Origin: Enoplolaimus lenunculus
Lineage: Eukaryota
Assembly: GCA_030248215.1 (NCBI GenBank)
Contig: JASANG010000611.1
Coordinates: 434,001-498,000, forward strand
Length of the DNA stretch: 64,000 bases
Direction: 5' to 3'
Every line of letters begins with the position of its first letter. Position 1 is the stretch's first letter. Under the pieces are notes generated by a model. The model was given only the letters and a program-made list of their open reading frames with translations. It was not told the origin of the DNA and made no database searches. Shown here piece after piece: positions 1-12,356 of the stretch. A program made the translations under genes and the position numbers.

Positions 1-2009
1 CATTTAAACGATACACAAGCGTTTCAATTTCGGAATATGTCGCATTTAAATATTTCAGTCGTTCAAGATCTTTCGTTGCAACTGGAGCGATTTGCTCAGC
101 AAGTGGTGTTGCGTTGCGTAGTTGCATGCTCATCGGATCAGGATTGTACTCAATGCTGCGACTCACTTTCCGCCTCGCTTTGTTACTATTTGTATGGCTT
201 TTGTTATTATTGCTGCTATTCGTCCTGCGAACATCACCATTGCCTAGCTTTGAACTTCGAAATAAATTAAGCCAACTTTTTGATGAAGTTTGACCGCCGA
301 TGTAGAACGGTCCAGAATAGTTTCGGTCATGATTACTCGGGGTGCGGTGCTGCCCTGAGGTGCCAGCCCGATTTGAAGAACCATGCCCGGTTGGATTCTG
401 CGCGTAGTTGTGATGATCGCCAGTTGTTTGGCAACTTGTAGTCGCTCGACTTCCAGACTCAAACTCTTCACTTCCTTCGTCTGTATTAACACCGCTGAAT
501 CGTTTTCCTGTCGGTGCTTTGTTCAAACCAGAAATTGCCGTATTGTTTGTTACCGAAGTGGGAACTGCAACGCCGTTAGCCATTATGCCTTCAGGCAGGC
601 CGTCGCGATTTGTTGTTGCCCTTCCATGACATTTCGGAAGCGGTCCCGATCGCGGTAATCCGTTAAATCGATAATTCTGAGAACTTGATGTCACTCGCGG
701 TGCACCAATTGTTCGCAACCCAAACCATGGATTTGTTGCCGTCGTATTTTCTTTGTTACTTCCGGGTTTACTGTTAACATAGTTACTTCTACCGTTTGCT
801 TCTGCCCAATTCGCTCCCGTTGAGTTACCAGCCATGCGACCACCGCGTGATCTCATGTCGGCGTCGGAAGATTTATGACGGGGCAGAGCACCAGTCTTTT
901 TAAGACCAAATCGTTGAGAAAGATCCGCCTGTTTTCGGGTAGGATCGACGTTTCGAATCCAGCTAAGCGTCCAGTTCCACCGGGACGTCTGCTCCGGATC
1001 ATAAGTGTACGTATATCCTGCAGTATTGGGCGGTTTCGGGTTTCTGCATTGGGTTGCATCCGCAGTCGACGATAATAAATAACTTGGTGCTCGGTGCGGC
1101 TTCCATTTACGCTGTTCGCCGCTAATCTTTTGCCGCCCGTGACCCGAGAACGCCGGATTATTGTGACGGAAAAAGTTTTGCGAACGTTGAACAGCCGGTG
1201 CCCTCGTATCGGCGCGTTGACTGACCTGTAGTATAAAACAGATACGTAGTGTCAAAATATATTATTGTAAGGGAAGAAATTTCAAAGCAGCAATGGTAAT
1301 TGCTGTATTTTTACAGCACGTGTATGGTCTATACTATAGTGACAGGATATTGATATCGTACTATTCACATGCGCGAGTTTTTTTGAATCGAGATCTGGCA
1401 GCTCCGGATTACGCGGCCAAGGTTTTGCAACGGGAAGGTACAGCTACAACTTACGCTTGCAAAATGGTTTCGAATAACACTTGCACGCGCAAAGTGCTAC
1501 TGCAAGTTCACTGTACAAATATTTGCACGTAAAACCCGCACCTGGGAGTTGGAGCTGCAAATTTTCGCTGAAACTGTTGCATATCGTGTTTACAACTTCA
1601 ATTATTCGTTGAATAAACTTGCACATGTGAACGGGACTTATTTTAAACCAAATTTTTAAATCTCTAATAAAAATACACTTACCACGTCGTGTTTCGTGAT
1701 TGCTGGATTACATAACGCTGGAAACGACGCAACTGCCGTATCGTAACTTGTGATTTGAGACGGACCCCAAATTGTTGGATGGCACAGGTCGTGTACTGCC
1801 ATTTGAGAATGAGGATATAATCCCGCCGGGTTTGGCATTGCACTGTTTTGTGTAAAAAATGAACCGTGGGGATAAGGTGTCCAAGAACGCTGCTGACTCG
1901 CATCGTAGTACGAGACGCCTTGATGGTATCTTGTGGGTAACATACGTGTCTCCCGAACCGCCGAAGGTAAGGAGTTTGACGCAATGTCGCACTGGTAATA
2001 CGGGAACAT
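1..2009 (-). CDS. Uncharacterised protein, 5' part (2 coding exons: 2009-1683, 1225-<1); long low-complexity N-terminus, continues beyond window
   Basis: ATG at 2009 has an in-frame TGA upstream. Exon 1 (MFPYYQ...TKHDV) ends at GTG|GTAAGT, phase 0. Acceptor TACTACAG|GTC at 1226/1225 opens a stop-free frame of ~408 codons (VSQRADTRAPAVQRSQNFF...LKYLNATYSEIETLVYRLN) to base 1. The ORF track misses it because there is no stop in the window. S/N/G/T/R-rich; no recognised domain. Confidence 0.8.
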
Positions 2010-3262
2010 GTTATTATTATGGGACGGGAAAGTTCACAAATAAGAAGTACTATAATGCTACATGTTCGATTACGTTTTAAGCCGGTTTAACTTAATTGTT
2101 TTATAACAGCCTGTTACACCTGCAACTGATTGCTAGATTCACTTTAAAACGAAATGAAACATTTGAAGTTTTAGTTATTTTCTCTTCACAACTTTTGGAT
2201 TTTCTCTTTCCCTGCGGCATTTTCGCAAGCACTCCCATGACTAGCTATCAACTAATGTTAAAGGGACAGCAAAGCGTAAAATGTGCTGATTTCATAAAAA
2301 GAACACTTATAAGCGAATTTTTGCTAAATTTAACATTATTTTTATGTCAAATTTTGCGTCATCTCTGGTTTGACCTTAAACTTTATATCGCGCAGTATTT
2401 CACATCTCCTCTTGAAAAACGACGTTTCGTACTCTGCAAATACACTATATATTATTCAGATGCGTACCCCGTTTGCTTGACCCTTTCAGGGGCTGCTTGT
2501 TTCGAAATAACGCGTCAATATTTGGTTTAAGAAAACAATAAACGTTTGAATATTAATCGCTTGCCCAACTCTGAAACCAAAACTAACGCTTTAATGTCAT
2601 TTTTTAGTTCAGAAAACAAATTGTTTTTCACAACAATTCACCACACTACAAAAGACTTAAAAGATGAAGGTCATTCTTGCATGCCATATGGGTTTTACGT
2701 CAAAAATGTAAATATATATTATCGACTTTTGTGGGAAGAAATTTTTGAAGCGTTCATAAATCCTGACGTATAAGAGTACTGGAAGCATGATTAGTTTTTA
2801 TTTTTTCTTAAATTTAAATTGTTAACAAGGGCAGATGATATTACACTTTTATATTTAAAAATATTCTTTCATTCCGTTATATATCGCGATGGATCGAGCA
2901 TAACGAAATATTCTGTTAATCTCAACTATCACTGTCTTGGACAGTAATCAAACTTTTGTAAGCTCGACACCGTTCCTAGGATTGTTTTACAATCATCTAG
3001 TTTCCAAGAGCTATAATAACAAATGTCTATGTGTTTTTCGATAAGTTTCTTTTGGTCCGCCAACTTTGAATTTTCTACGGACGGACGCTTTCGGGTAGAG
3101 GATGCTGTTTCGCAACTATGCAGTTGAACATTTTTAACTAAAAAGTTTTGTAAAATGTATGTACACTGAAAGTGCCCCAATATTCCCGTATTATATACTA
3201 CCGTACCTCGCTGACGGTTTTAAAGCATTGAGCTTGTGTGAGCTGTTAGTTAAAAAGCTATA

Positions 3263-3652
3263 CTGTAGTGACCCGAATAAGAGGGGGACTGATAGTTATT
3301 TGGCCTCTTCAGAAAGTACCCTCCAGTTATTCGGTTGCCGCGCTTCGCTACGGATGTATATCTGGTACTGCAACTACCCGTTCAATTAAACGTTTATTTG
3401 TCTCGTATCAAAAGCGTCATCAATGATGCTAGGTTATACTTCGGAATGTAATTGCAAAACTAAGTATGCTTGAAAGTTTCGAACAGAATGTTATTTGCTA
3501 CAATTTGAGATAATTGACATTTATGGACTTTAATTTGGGTTTAGGAACACTATCCGTTTACGGACTCTTAATAGGAATACGAACACAGATTGATTGAGAC
3601 TCAAAACGAAGCCCTTTCTCGTATTACCCTCCCTATCATTCGGGTCACTACA
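3263..3652. mobile_element. TA-flanked MITE family A (Tc1/mariner-like non-autonomous)
   Basis: Left end TA|CTGTAGTGACCCGAATAAGAGGGG; right end ...ATTCGGGTCACTACA. Internal sequence is shared with the copies at 3939-4402 and 61474-61915. Confidence 0.8.
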
Positions 3653-3938
3653 TTACTTCAATAATTTTAGCGTGAAAATAGCGGGGAGTGAGCAGGGGCG
3701 GATCCATGGGATTCCAGTTCCGGTGAAATGGTTGAACCAGCCTTGGTGTTAACCAAAAAATTTTGTCCAGTACAAAACCAAAAAATGCTTAGAGTCGTTA
3801 GCGTAGAGTCCAGATTTATCCGCCAAAATATATCGTTTTGGTTCAGAGGATCCCAACTTGTGTGCCCCCAGCCTTTAAATGTTTTCTGGATTTGCTCCCG
3901 GTGAAAACGCATACAACGATATCTCACGGAATCTGTTA

Positions 3939-4402
3939 CTGTAATGACCCGAATAAGAGGGTGTAATAAGAGGGGGTCCCCATTTTGAGTCTCAATCAAT
4001 AAGATTCCGTATCCCTGATACGAGTCCGTAAGCGGATAGAGTCCCTAAACCCTAATTAGAGTCCATTACTGTCAGTTATCTCTAGCTGTAGCGTATAAAT
4101 GACTCCAGAACCACATAAAGTTGAGTTCAAAACTTTACAGCGTACTTAAGTTTTGAAAGTACATTGACCGCCTAACTTTTATTAAATAATCCAGGAAAAA
4201 GCGGACATGGCAACCAACAAAAATGTTGCGAAAGATCATGCCCGCCAAAAAGGGAATGACATAAAAGATGGGTGTTAGGTCCAACTAACAAAAGGCGGTG
4301 GAGGGCGGGTTAAAAATAAGTAACAGTTCGTAACCGAATAACAGGGGGGTACACTCAGGAGAGGGCACATAAATATCAGTCCCCCTCTTATTAGTGTCAC
4401 GA
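3939..4402. mobile_element. MITE family A, copy in opposite orientation
   Basis: CTGTAATGACCCGAATAAGAGG...CCCCCTCTTATTAGTGTCAC. The interior is the reverse complement of the 3263 and 61474 copies. Confidence 0.75.
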
Positions 4403-4404
4403 TA

Positions 4405-4615
4405 TTACTCCTCAATCCACTTCCGCTGGCACGAATCTTTTACTCTTCAATTCACTTCCGCTGGCACGAATCTTTTACTCTTCAATTCACTTCCGCTAGC
4501 CCGAATCTTTTACTCCTGAATTCACTTCCGCCTTCCGCTGACACGAATCTTTTACTCTTCAATTCACTTCCGCTCTGGCTCGAATCTTTTACTCCCCAAT
4601 ACACTTCCGCTGGCC
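4405..4615. repeat. ~35-bp minisatellite, ~6 copies
   Basis: Unit TACTCTTCAATTCACTTCCGCTGGCACGAATCTTT starts at 4406, 4441, 4476, 4511, 4553 and 4590. Confidence 0.9.
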
Positions 4616-7600
4616 CGCACACACCATACAATTTAGAAAAAATGGAAACAAAATTTTAACATTGATAAAAAAGTTATACTATTGTTTTGAATATTGACGC
4701 AATTCTACTGCATTTGAATATAAAAAAACAAGGATGCCCGTGAAAATGAGTTTACGCATAAAAATTATTCCAACAAGGCGATATTGTAAGATATGTAATA
4801 TAGGATGCAAGATATAGACAGGTAATTCATGAGTTGTATCGGATTTAATAAAAGAGCGATCAACCAAAACCACAATTTCTATTCAAAGTTATATACACGC
4901 AGTAGTTGCACACTATATTTTGGACATAATTATAATACTTTTATTTTAGTTTGATATATTTTACGTATATTCAGGAAGCTGAATTCTTGAAAATTTGGTC
5001 CTGTCGGTGTAAGATAAAATTAAAAAAGTATTTTTTGTGGCTTTTACGCTCAGGAGTTATTCCAGGAAGATCGATATTCATGTTCCATTTTGTTCTTGGT
5101 TCTCTGTCTGATAACCTTCTAAAATGTTTTTGAAAGCCATTATATACCTAATGCATAAATGAGAAGTTCAGTAATCTTGCTTAATGAGAGCTGTACCGTT
5201 ACAGCTTGACGCGGAAAATAACAGAGTACGTTTTAGCTTCAGGCTATTTTTTGCGTGGGCTTACGCCTAGCTTTAATTTCAGCGGTTGATCCAAAAATAT
5301 CTGAAGCGGCGGATATTTAATAGGGAACAACGCTTGCGAATGAAGTAAACGAGAAACTATAAGCGCAACACTGTTTTTAAATCTTAATGGGGAAAAATCT
5401 GGTTTTGATTCTCTGTTGAGGGATCCAGCAAGGCCTTGGTGTTGACCTTCCTTAGTTCCACTAGCGTTATGCTTTTTTTACAACAGCGTGAATGTAGCGA
5501 AAATCTGCAGCCAAGCGTTAGAGACATATTTTACCGCTGGTTAGTGAAAATATAATGGAAAGTTTGACAAAATTAAAATTTTACGGTCAAACTGCGCTTT
5601 GAACAATTGTATTGCGAAAGTCAATTTTTATAGCATTCATTTTTGTGGTTGAGGATGCTTTGTTAAGGCACGTTGGCAGGATATCGTTTCGGGTGGGTAT
5701 AATTTAAAAACCAAATACTTTATTGATCTTTGGGATACAGAGTGTTTTTCTGAATCGTACTGTTTCTTTCTTGCGTTTTTAGAAAGTTCGAGAATGGATA
5801 TCATTCCTCTATTCCTCTGTCCCCCTTATATTCATGCCTGTGGCTTTGTTGCGTGTTATGTTTAGAAAAATGCCTTATATACTTTTCACCCAAAATTGCA
5901 CAATTTTAATGAGCTATAAACTTGCATTGAACAATATCAGATTTGAAACATGTATTATTTTGTTTTCGAATAAAATTTACGAACTTTATTAAAATACATG
6001 TATAGGTAAATACTATTAAAGATATAGCAAATTTCAATTTGACAACCTCCCTGTGTTAAGCAAAAATCACTTTTGGTTGGGGGAGCAGTGACTTTATGAT
6101 GTAATCTTCGAAGCCATAGGCATACGTATGCATCATAGGTGTTGCCGGCCGAGAAAATGCTGCCGGGCCTGGCAGGCCGACCGCTATCAACCGGTTGCGT
6201 CTTTTAGTTACTGTTTTATTTCAAATATTGGTATTTAGATTGTTGTAGCAGTTGTGATTTAAGCGAAATCTTATCAAATAAACCGCAAGCTCTTATGGCA
6301 CTCATAATAAATGCCATGCAATGTTACTGCAAGAAAAGCTATCATGTAACAAATGTTAATGAAAAAAGTTTCATGACAGTTGAATTTTATTGTAGTGCAA
6401 AATTGTTCTATCAAGAACATGTTGGTGGCCGACTATGATCGCTGTAAAGGCCATGCCGCCTGCCTAATACCATCCAGCGCAATGATCAGGGGAATTTATT
6501 AGTAGATTCCCTGAAAAAATTTACGCCCACCCTAGAAAATTTTCAACCTTGCTTGCAAGTCATTAAACACCCTTGAATGCCCGTCCTGAAAATTTTTTAG
6601 CGCTTGCTAGCAAGGTGAGCTGGCTACGGGCCTATGCCCTAGAGTTTAAATAGCAAGCTTTAGAACGCCAGAACGCACAGTCCAGTTCGGAGCTACACAG
6701 ACTGGTGTTCAAGACATGAAACAAAGGTAACCGTCTCAGTTATATTAAAACCACGTGCAATACAAGACGGGCCCCGAATGTGCTGCTCGTTACGAAGATT
6801 CTTCGAGAAAATATTTACAGAGCGACAAGTATACAATCAAGTCACGATGTTTCCTTATATCATGAGGCCACCTGCAGCCGGAACACCCATATTGGGTGGT
6901 ATGGAGGGCGGCTACGACGCCTTTGCATGGTGGTGAACACAAAAATATCACAAATATACTAATTATTAACACGAATGCCGGCCGGTATGGGCAAAATAAA
7001 GCTCGGAAACGTAATAGCAAAAATTAACAAATTTCCAACAGTATCTACATTGTTGGTTGGAATTTGTTTCGCTGAACCTTGTTTGCTCATCACAACTCAA
7101 GGCTTAGGCTAAGCCTCAAGCTTACGAAAAGGCTTACCGGAATTATAAAATACCGGAACCGGAAAGTATAAAAATACCGGAACCGGAAAAATATTTGTTA
7201 CCGAAAAATTCATTTTTAAACGCTATTTAATCGGTTTTAATGCTGTAAGCACCATTTAGAATGCCAAAATCCTGAAACAAATACAGTAGGTGGAAACATA
7301 TGATAAATTATAGAGTATGGCAAAAATTGAAAATTTTGGCAATACACGCTCGGACAATTTAAAATAAATAAGTTAGAATAGAATGCCAATTTTCCTTAAA
7401 TTTGCAAATGAAAAAAAATTTTCAATACCGAAAATACCAAATTTCTTTACCGGAACCGGATAGTGAATAATACCGGATTTCCCTACCGGAACCGGAATTC
7501 TGGTTGCACCCTGTTGGTGACGTATGACACGTTTTACTGCATCGCTGAACGCAATATGTTTACGCTTAAACTATCAGACGTTTTTGACTGAAATATTGAA

Positions 7601-8128
7601 AATCACATAACAACACTTCAAACGTAGTTTCTTTAACAACGAAAACTTGACACTTTTTATTTTAACGAACAGCCGAGGTTGAAACACAAAAGTGTGTCAA
7701 TTTTTGGTTAAAAAAAGTAATAAATTTCTTTAACTCTTGTATTTGTATACTCGCCAAAAAATAGCGTACGGTTTCAAATCGTAACAATTGCGTATAAATC
7801 AACAAAAGGAAAAACAACACCAACCACTGTAAGGCCGTGAATTTTATCTATGCGTACCTGTAAAACGTCTGTCGATCATGCGTTTTGCACTGATTCCAGT
7901 TAAAAATCAAGTATATATACATGCCATGAGTAGTTTTATATTTTATTTTTTTATCAAGTTAAAGTAGCATCTTCGCAACATTTAAGTACAACGCATAAAA
8001 AGCGCAGGAGGAAAGTATAGGCTAACACAAAGGCGTAGCCGAGGTATTTAAAAGCCAATTCCACGTGTTTGGCATTTTGGTACTGGGATTTTAGATACGG
8101 TTTCCGCTTGCAACACAGACGAACTTCC

Positions 8129-8332
8129 GACCCATGTATAGAACAGGACCGGATCGTTTTCCGGAGCCGTTATAATAGAGTCAGATTAAGCTTTAGACTA
8201 GTTTTTTTGCTTAGGCTTAGGCTGAGGCTTAGGCTTTAAGGAATAGGCTCATCCATACGCTTAGGCTTAGGCGCAGGCTTAGGCTTCGAAATATGCTTAT
8301 ACTACTGGTCCGGCCTGTTCTATACATGGGCC
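8129..8332. mobile_element. TTAGGC-repeat-carrying MITE with perfect 8-bp TSD
   Basis: TIRs GACCCATGTATAGAACAGG / CCTGTTCTATACATGGGCC. TSD GAACTTCC at 8121-8128 and 8333-8340. Internal (TTAGGC)n-like tracts at ~8209-8285. Confidence 0.9.
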
Positions 8333-9587
8333 GAACTTCCTGTTCAAAGTTTGTGGCGATATCTATGAAGATAAACCACTGACAGTAAAAAATTATGGAT
8401 CGGTTATCATTTTGCATTATGGTTTTTTTCATACAAGCCCTCGTTATCAAGCCGGAATGTTGACCGCTGGCAGTATTGAACACGATCAGTGTGTAATGTT
8501 TAACTATGGAGAAACTCTTCAAATGATTTATATACGCATATGAGGAATCAAAACGTAAATTCATTATACGCATTTTGCTTCAAGAGTGAACACTGTAAAA
8601 TTTCTTCGAAGATCAAGCACCAGTTGATCCTGAAAGATGAATCCCGTCGGCGTGCCGACTGAAAGTTTTTTGATGCAAACTAATTTGTTCGTCAGAACAA
8701 CGTGTTTGTCTTCTTAGTTACGTTTTGCTTTCAATTCAAAAAGTTTAGGATTACTCTATTGCAGTCACCAAAAAAATCATGGACCCACCTCTGCGCTGAA
8801 GTTATGCCAAACTCTGAAAATTTAGAAAACTGAGAGCAAAAGGGACGAAGTGTGCATGAGCCGAACTTAATTTCAAAACACTGATTAAAAAACGTGTCCC
8901 AATATTAAACTATCATAAAACTAATTCTGTGACATCATTCACAAATGCTTACAGTTTTCAAGGCCAATTTCAATATTTTTTCTTTTCACAACATATTTTA
9001 TGTTCATTCCGTACCTCAAAATTTCAAATAATTGTTATCAACTTAAAATTAGATCACTGACCTTTCTTTGTTTCTTTCCTTCTAAACAGTAATATATATG
9101 TATATAAGTATACATAAATATATAACGCTGTTTCTTTTTACCACAACTCTGCGACACCGTTAAATTTAGACTGCACTGTTGGGAAGTTCCTATATAATTT
9201 AGGCATGATATTCTTGCGATTGTCTACTGAAAAATGTTTTTCTACCACCAAGGTGTCCAGTTTCACCGAACAACAATAATTTTTAAGTAAAAATTCTCTG
9301 TAGAATGTAAATAAATCCTGACACTGCTATATTTTCCTTATTATCTCAAACTAAGCATCATACGCTTAAGCATAAACCTAAGTTTAAGCCTAATCCTAAT
9401 ACTTATGCTAAACTCTGAAAATTTCGAAATCCAGCTTGCTCAAATATGTAACAGACACTTAGACAACCCGTATAAACTTTATTAAAAACAGACAAAAATA
9501 TAATCTTCGGAGCAAGTCAGTTCTGGTCAAAAGAAATATATCACGCATGGTGTTGGGTCAAACTAACATGCAATGAATCAAAAATAA

Positions 9588-9674
9588 ATAACAGTCCGTA
9601 ATCGAATAACAGGAAGGTACGATCTGGAGAGGAAAAATTAAATACTATCCCCTCTCTTATTCGAATCACTACAG
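9588..9674. mobile_element. MITE family A terminal fragment
   Basis: ...CCCTCTCTTATTCGAATCACTACAG|TA. Further partial copies at ~10464-10670 and ~54580-54931. Confidence 0.65.
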
Positions 9675-12116
9675 TATACCGCTAGAAGGGGCGGATTTAA
9701 GGAAGAACCTAGGGATCTGATCATCCAGCGGCACCACAGAAAATTAAAAATTTCCATCTGGATGATGCTAAAAATTGTATACCCTCCGAAACTAATCGAG
9801 CTTCGAGTAACAGTTTTCGGTCTAAACAGTAGGTCCCTCTTGCCGAAATGTTAACTTCCGCAAGGTTGTCGTCGGGAGACAAGTGTGCTTGCTCGACTTC
9901 AGATCCGCTTCCTCACTGAGAAATCCTAGATTCGTCATTGACCGTTACCGTAACGAAAACAAAACGTGAGCTACAACGAAATCGAATCCTACATGACATT
10001 AAAGTTAAGTTGTAGTCCATACAAAACTCTATACATATTTTTATGATGATACAAAGAAAACATCGTTATCAACATGATTGCAAATATTCCAACTGCCATT
10101 ATCAATAACAACCGAGTTATCGCTAGACGACTGTGCGGTGTAAACTTGCATAAAAACTGTGCAAAATCAGTAGTAAAAATTGATATAAAAGTATTACGCG
10201 CAATCTTCTTTTATTTCTCATTTTTTCCATTGATTTTTCAACGGAGTTGCTTTCAATTTTTGCCGTCTTCATGAAACTATTGCAAAAAGAAAAATCGAAA
10301 GTTACGTAAACACATGGTGACATTTGGAATATACAAGTCGTTTTGCCGCGATAGATGTCGCCGAAAACACAGGCAGGCAGGGTGGCGACGTGGCGGTACA
10401 AAACGCAATATGTAATCAAAGTGCAAAACAAATCAAAATAAAGTTAATCTTGAAAAAAAGATGCTGTAGTGACCCGAACAAGAGGGGGGAATGATATTTA
10501 TTTAGCCTCTAGAGAGGGAACCCCCTGTTATTCGGTTACGGACTGTTATTAACCAGCCTTCCGCCTGCACTCGTTACCGATATACATCCGGTGTTGCAAC
10601 TGTCCGTTGAATTTAACGTTTTGTCGTGTATCAAAAGCTTGAGCGATAATGCAAGGTTCTTATACTTGCAAATAAGTAGGTTCCAAAAATATCAAGTTTT
10701 AGATGTAGTTTGAAACCCAGTTAATCAGATACGACATTATACGCGTTAACGCTGTTCTTCTTAAAATCCTTCGAAAGGCGGATATTGGAAAACTGTGCCG
10801 CCATCAAAATTGGCTTTGCTGCTACAAATTTTTAAACGTATTCAGCGCCGGATTAACGGGGGGGGGCTGGGCCCCGGGCCGAAAATCAACGATATGATTC
10901 AATTGATAACTAGCCAACAAAAATTTTTTCGCGGACCACGAAGTTATACAAGCTATGAAACTTTCCATTTTGGAGCCCTCTCCGACCTGTTTGGGGCGGC
11001 CGAATATTCTTATTCTAACGCTGGTCATACCACAAGGGGATATTTGGGGAGTACTAATCGCGTTCTTCGGCAGGGTTATTTACAAGGGTGTACAAAATAC
11101 TTTTCCAAATGTTCAGAAAGTTTTTCAGATTTCTTTATTTTATGGTTTCTGCAAGATTGGACTGGGAAGCTAAGCCTCAACTACCTATCATTTGTGATCA
11201 CAAACTTGTGGTAGTACGTTGAAAAGTTGCGTAGTCCGATTAGCTGTATTCAGGACAGCATGAACTTCGCTTTCTGACGTAGAGTGCCCTTGCATTGATA
11301 ATCCTTATCCGTCACCACTGGACTATTTTAGACTGCTTTTTATTAATACAGGCAATCAAACCAGCTGCAGTGCGGCCTGCCGGATCACGGCTGGACTACA
11401 CTGCCACAAGTTTCGGGACTAGAAGTACCTAGTGTTGTGCAAATACCACTTTTTCTACTGGCCGGCCGGCAGTCTGGTCATTGGCCGCCGGTTGGCCAAT
11501 ATACAAATTTAAAAAATTATCAAGCATTTGTACAATGACCCGGAGACCAACAGTAAAAATATATACACATGTTCCTACATTGTGCCACATCGAGGCATAT
11601 ATCTTTACTAGTAAATAAAGTGCCCCAAAGCTCATGTAAAGGAATATGTAAAAAAGCAGTACGTTTAAATCGCATTGGCATTAAGATATATTTGGCACGT
11701 GTCTTCCATTTTTGCAACAGTTTTTATAGTGTTCAAACCCTGCTATGTGCTGAAACTAATCACGTGAAAGTGATAGCCTACTGCGGGCAACATTTATGCA
11801 TAGTTTGTCACCTTTACTATACTATGTCTGTTCATTTGAATTTAATGGACTCGCATAATTTCGAAATTATTTAACAAAATTTACCGTACTCCAATCGTGT
11901 GTACTCACCTAATTATTTATAGTTGTAGCGAAAACTCAAAAGTTCTTTTTTCAAATTCTTGATGAAAGCAGTTCAACGGGGAAGACTGAAAGATTGATTT
12001 TAATATAAACTTTCGAAACTGGACGCTAACATCGCCTAATTGTCAGACTGGAACACAGCGAATATGTTTCAGTAACAAATTCCACATGTTCAGCAAGATT
12101 TAGAGTAATTTTGCCA

Positions 12117-12356
12117 CACTGTACATTCCAGTGATTTAATTTTGTTCAATCACTCCGTCTGAGTTAGGACTATCACAACTCATAAATTCGAGCTGATTGA
12201 ACTAATTCTGATTCAATTAATCAACTCCCCCGTAAACAACTCAACTCAGAACAAGAATCAATTCAACTCAGAATGAGTAAAAGTTTATTGATGTTAACTC
12301 AGAAATAACTAACTTTCCGTCTGAGTTGATTAATTAACTCATTGAAATTTACAGTG
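12117..12356. mobile_element. CACTG-ended MITE (EnSpm/CACTA-like) with 2-bp TSD
   Basis: CA|CACTGTACATTCCAGTGATTTAAT ... TTAATTAACTCATTGAAATTTACAGTG|CA. Internal AACTCAGA/TCTGAGTT subrepeats. Confidence 0.65.

Noticed and set aside
37..1075. Several short ORFs in the track
   Set aside because: Antisense or alternative frames of the long minus-strand exon 1225-1.
4405..4615. CRISPR-like appearance of ~35-bp repeats (also the 28-bp and 79-bp arrays)
   Set aside because: Head-to-tail repeats without unique spacers, no cas genes, eukaryotic context.
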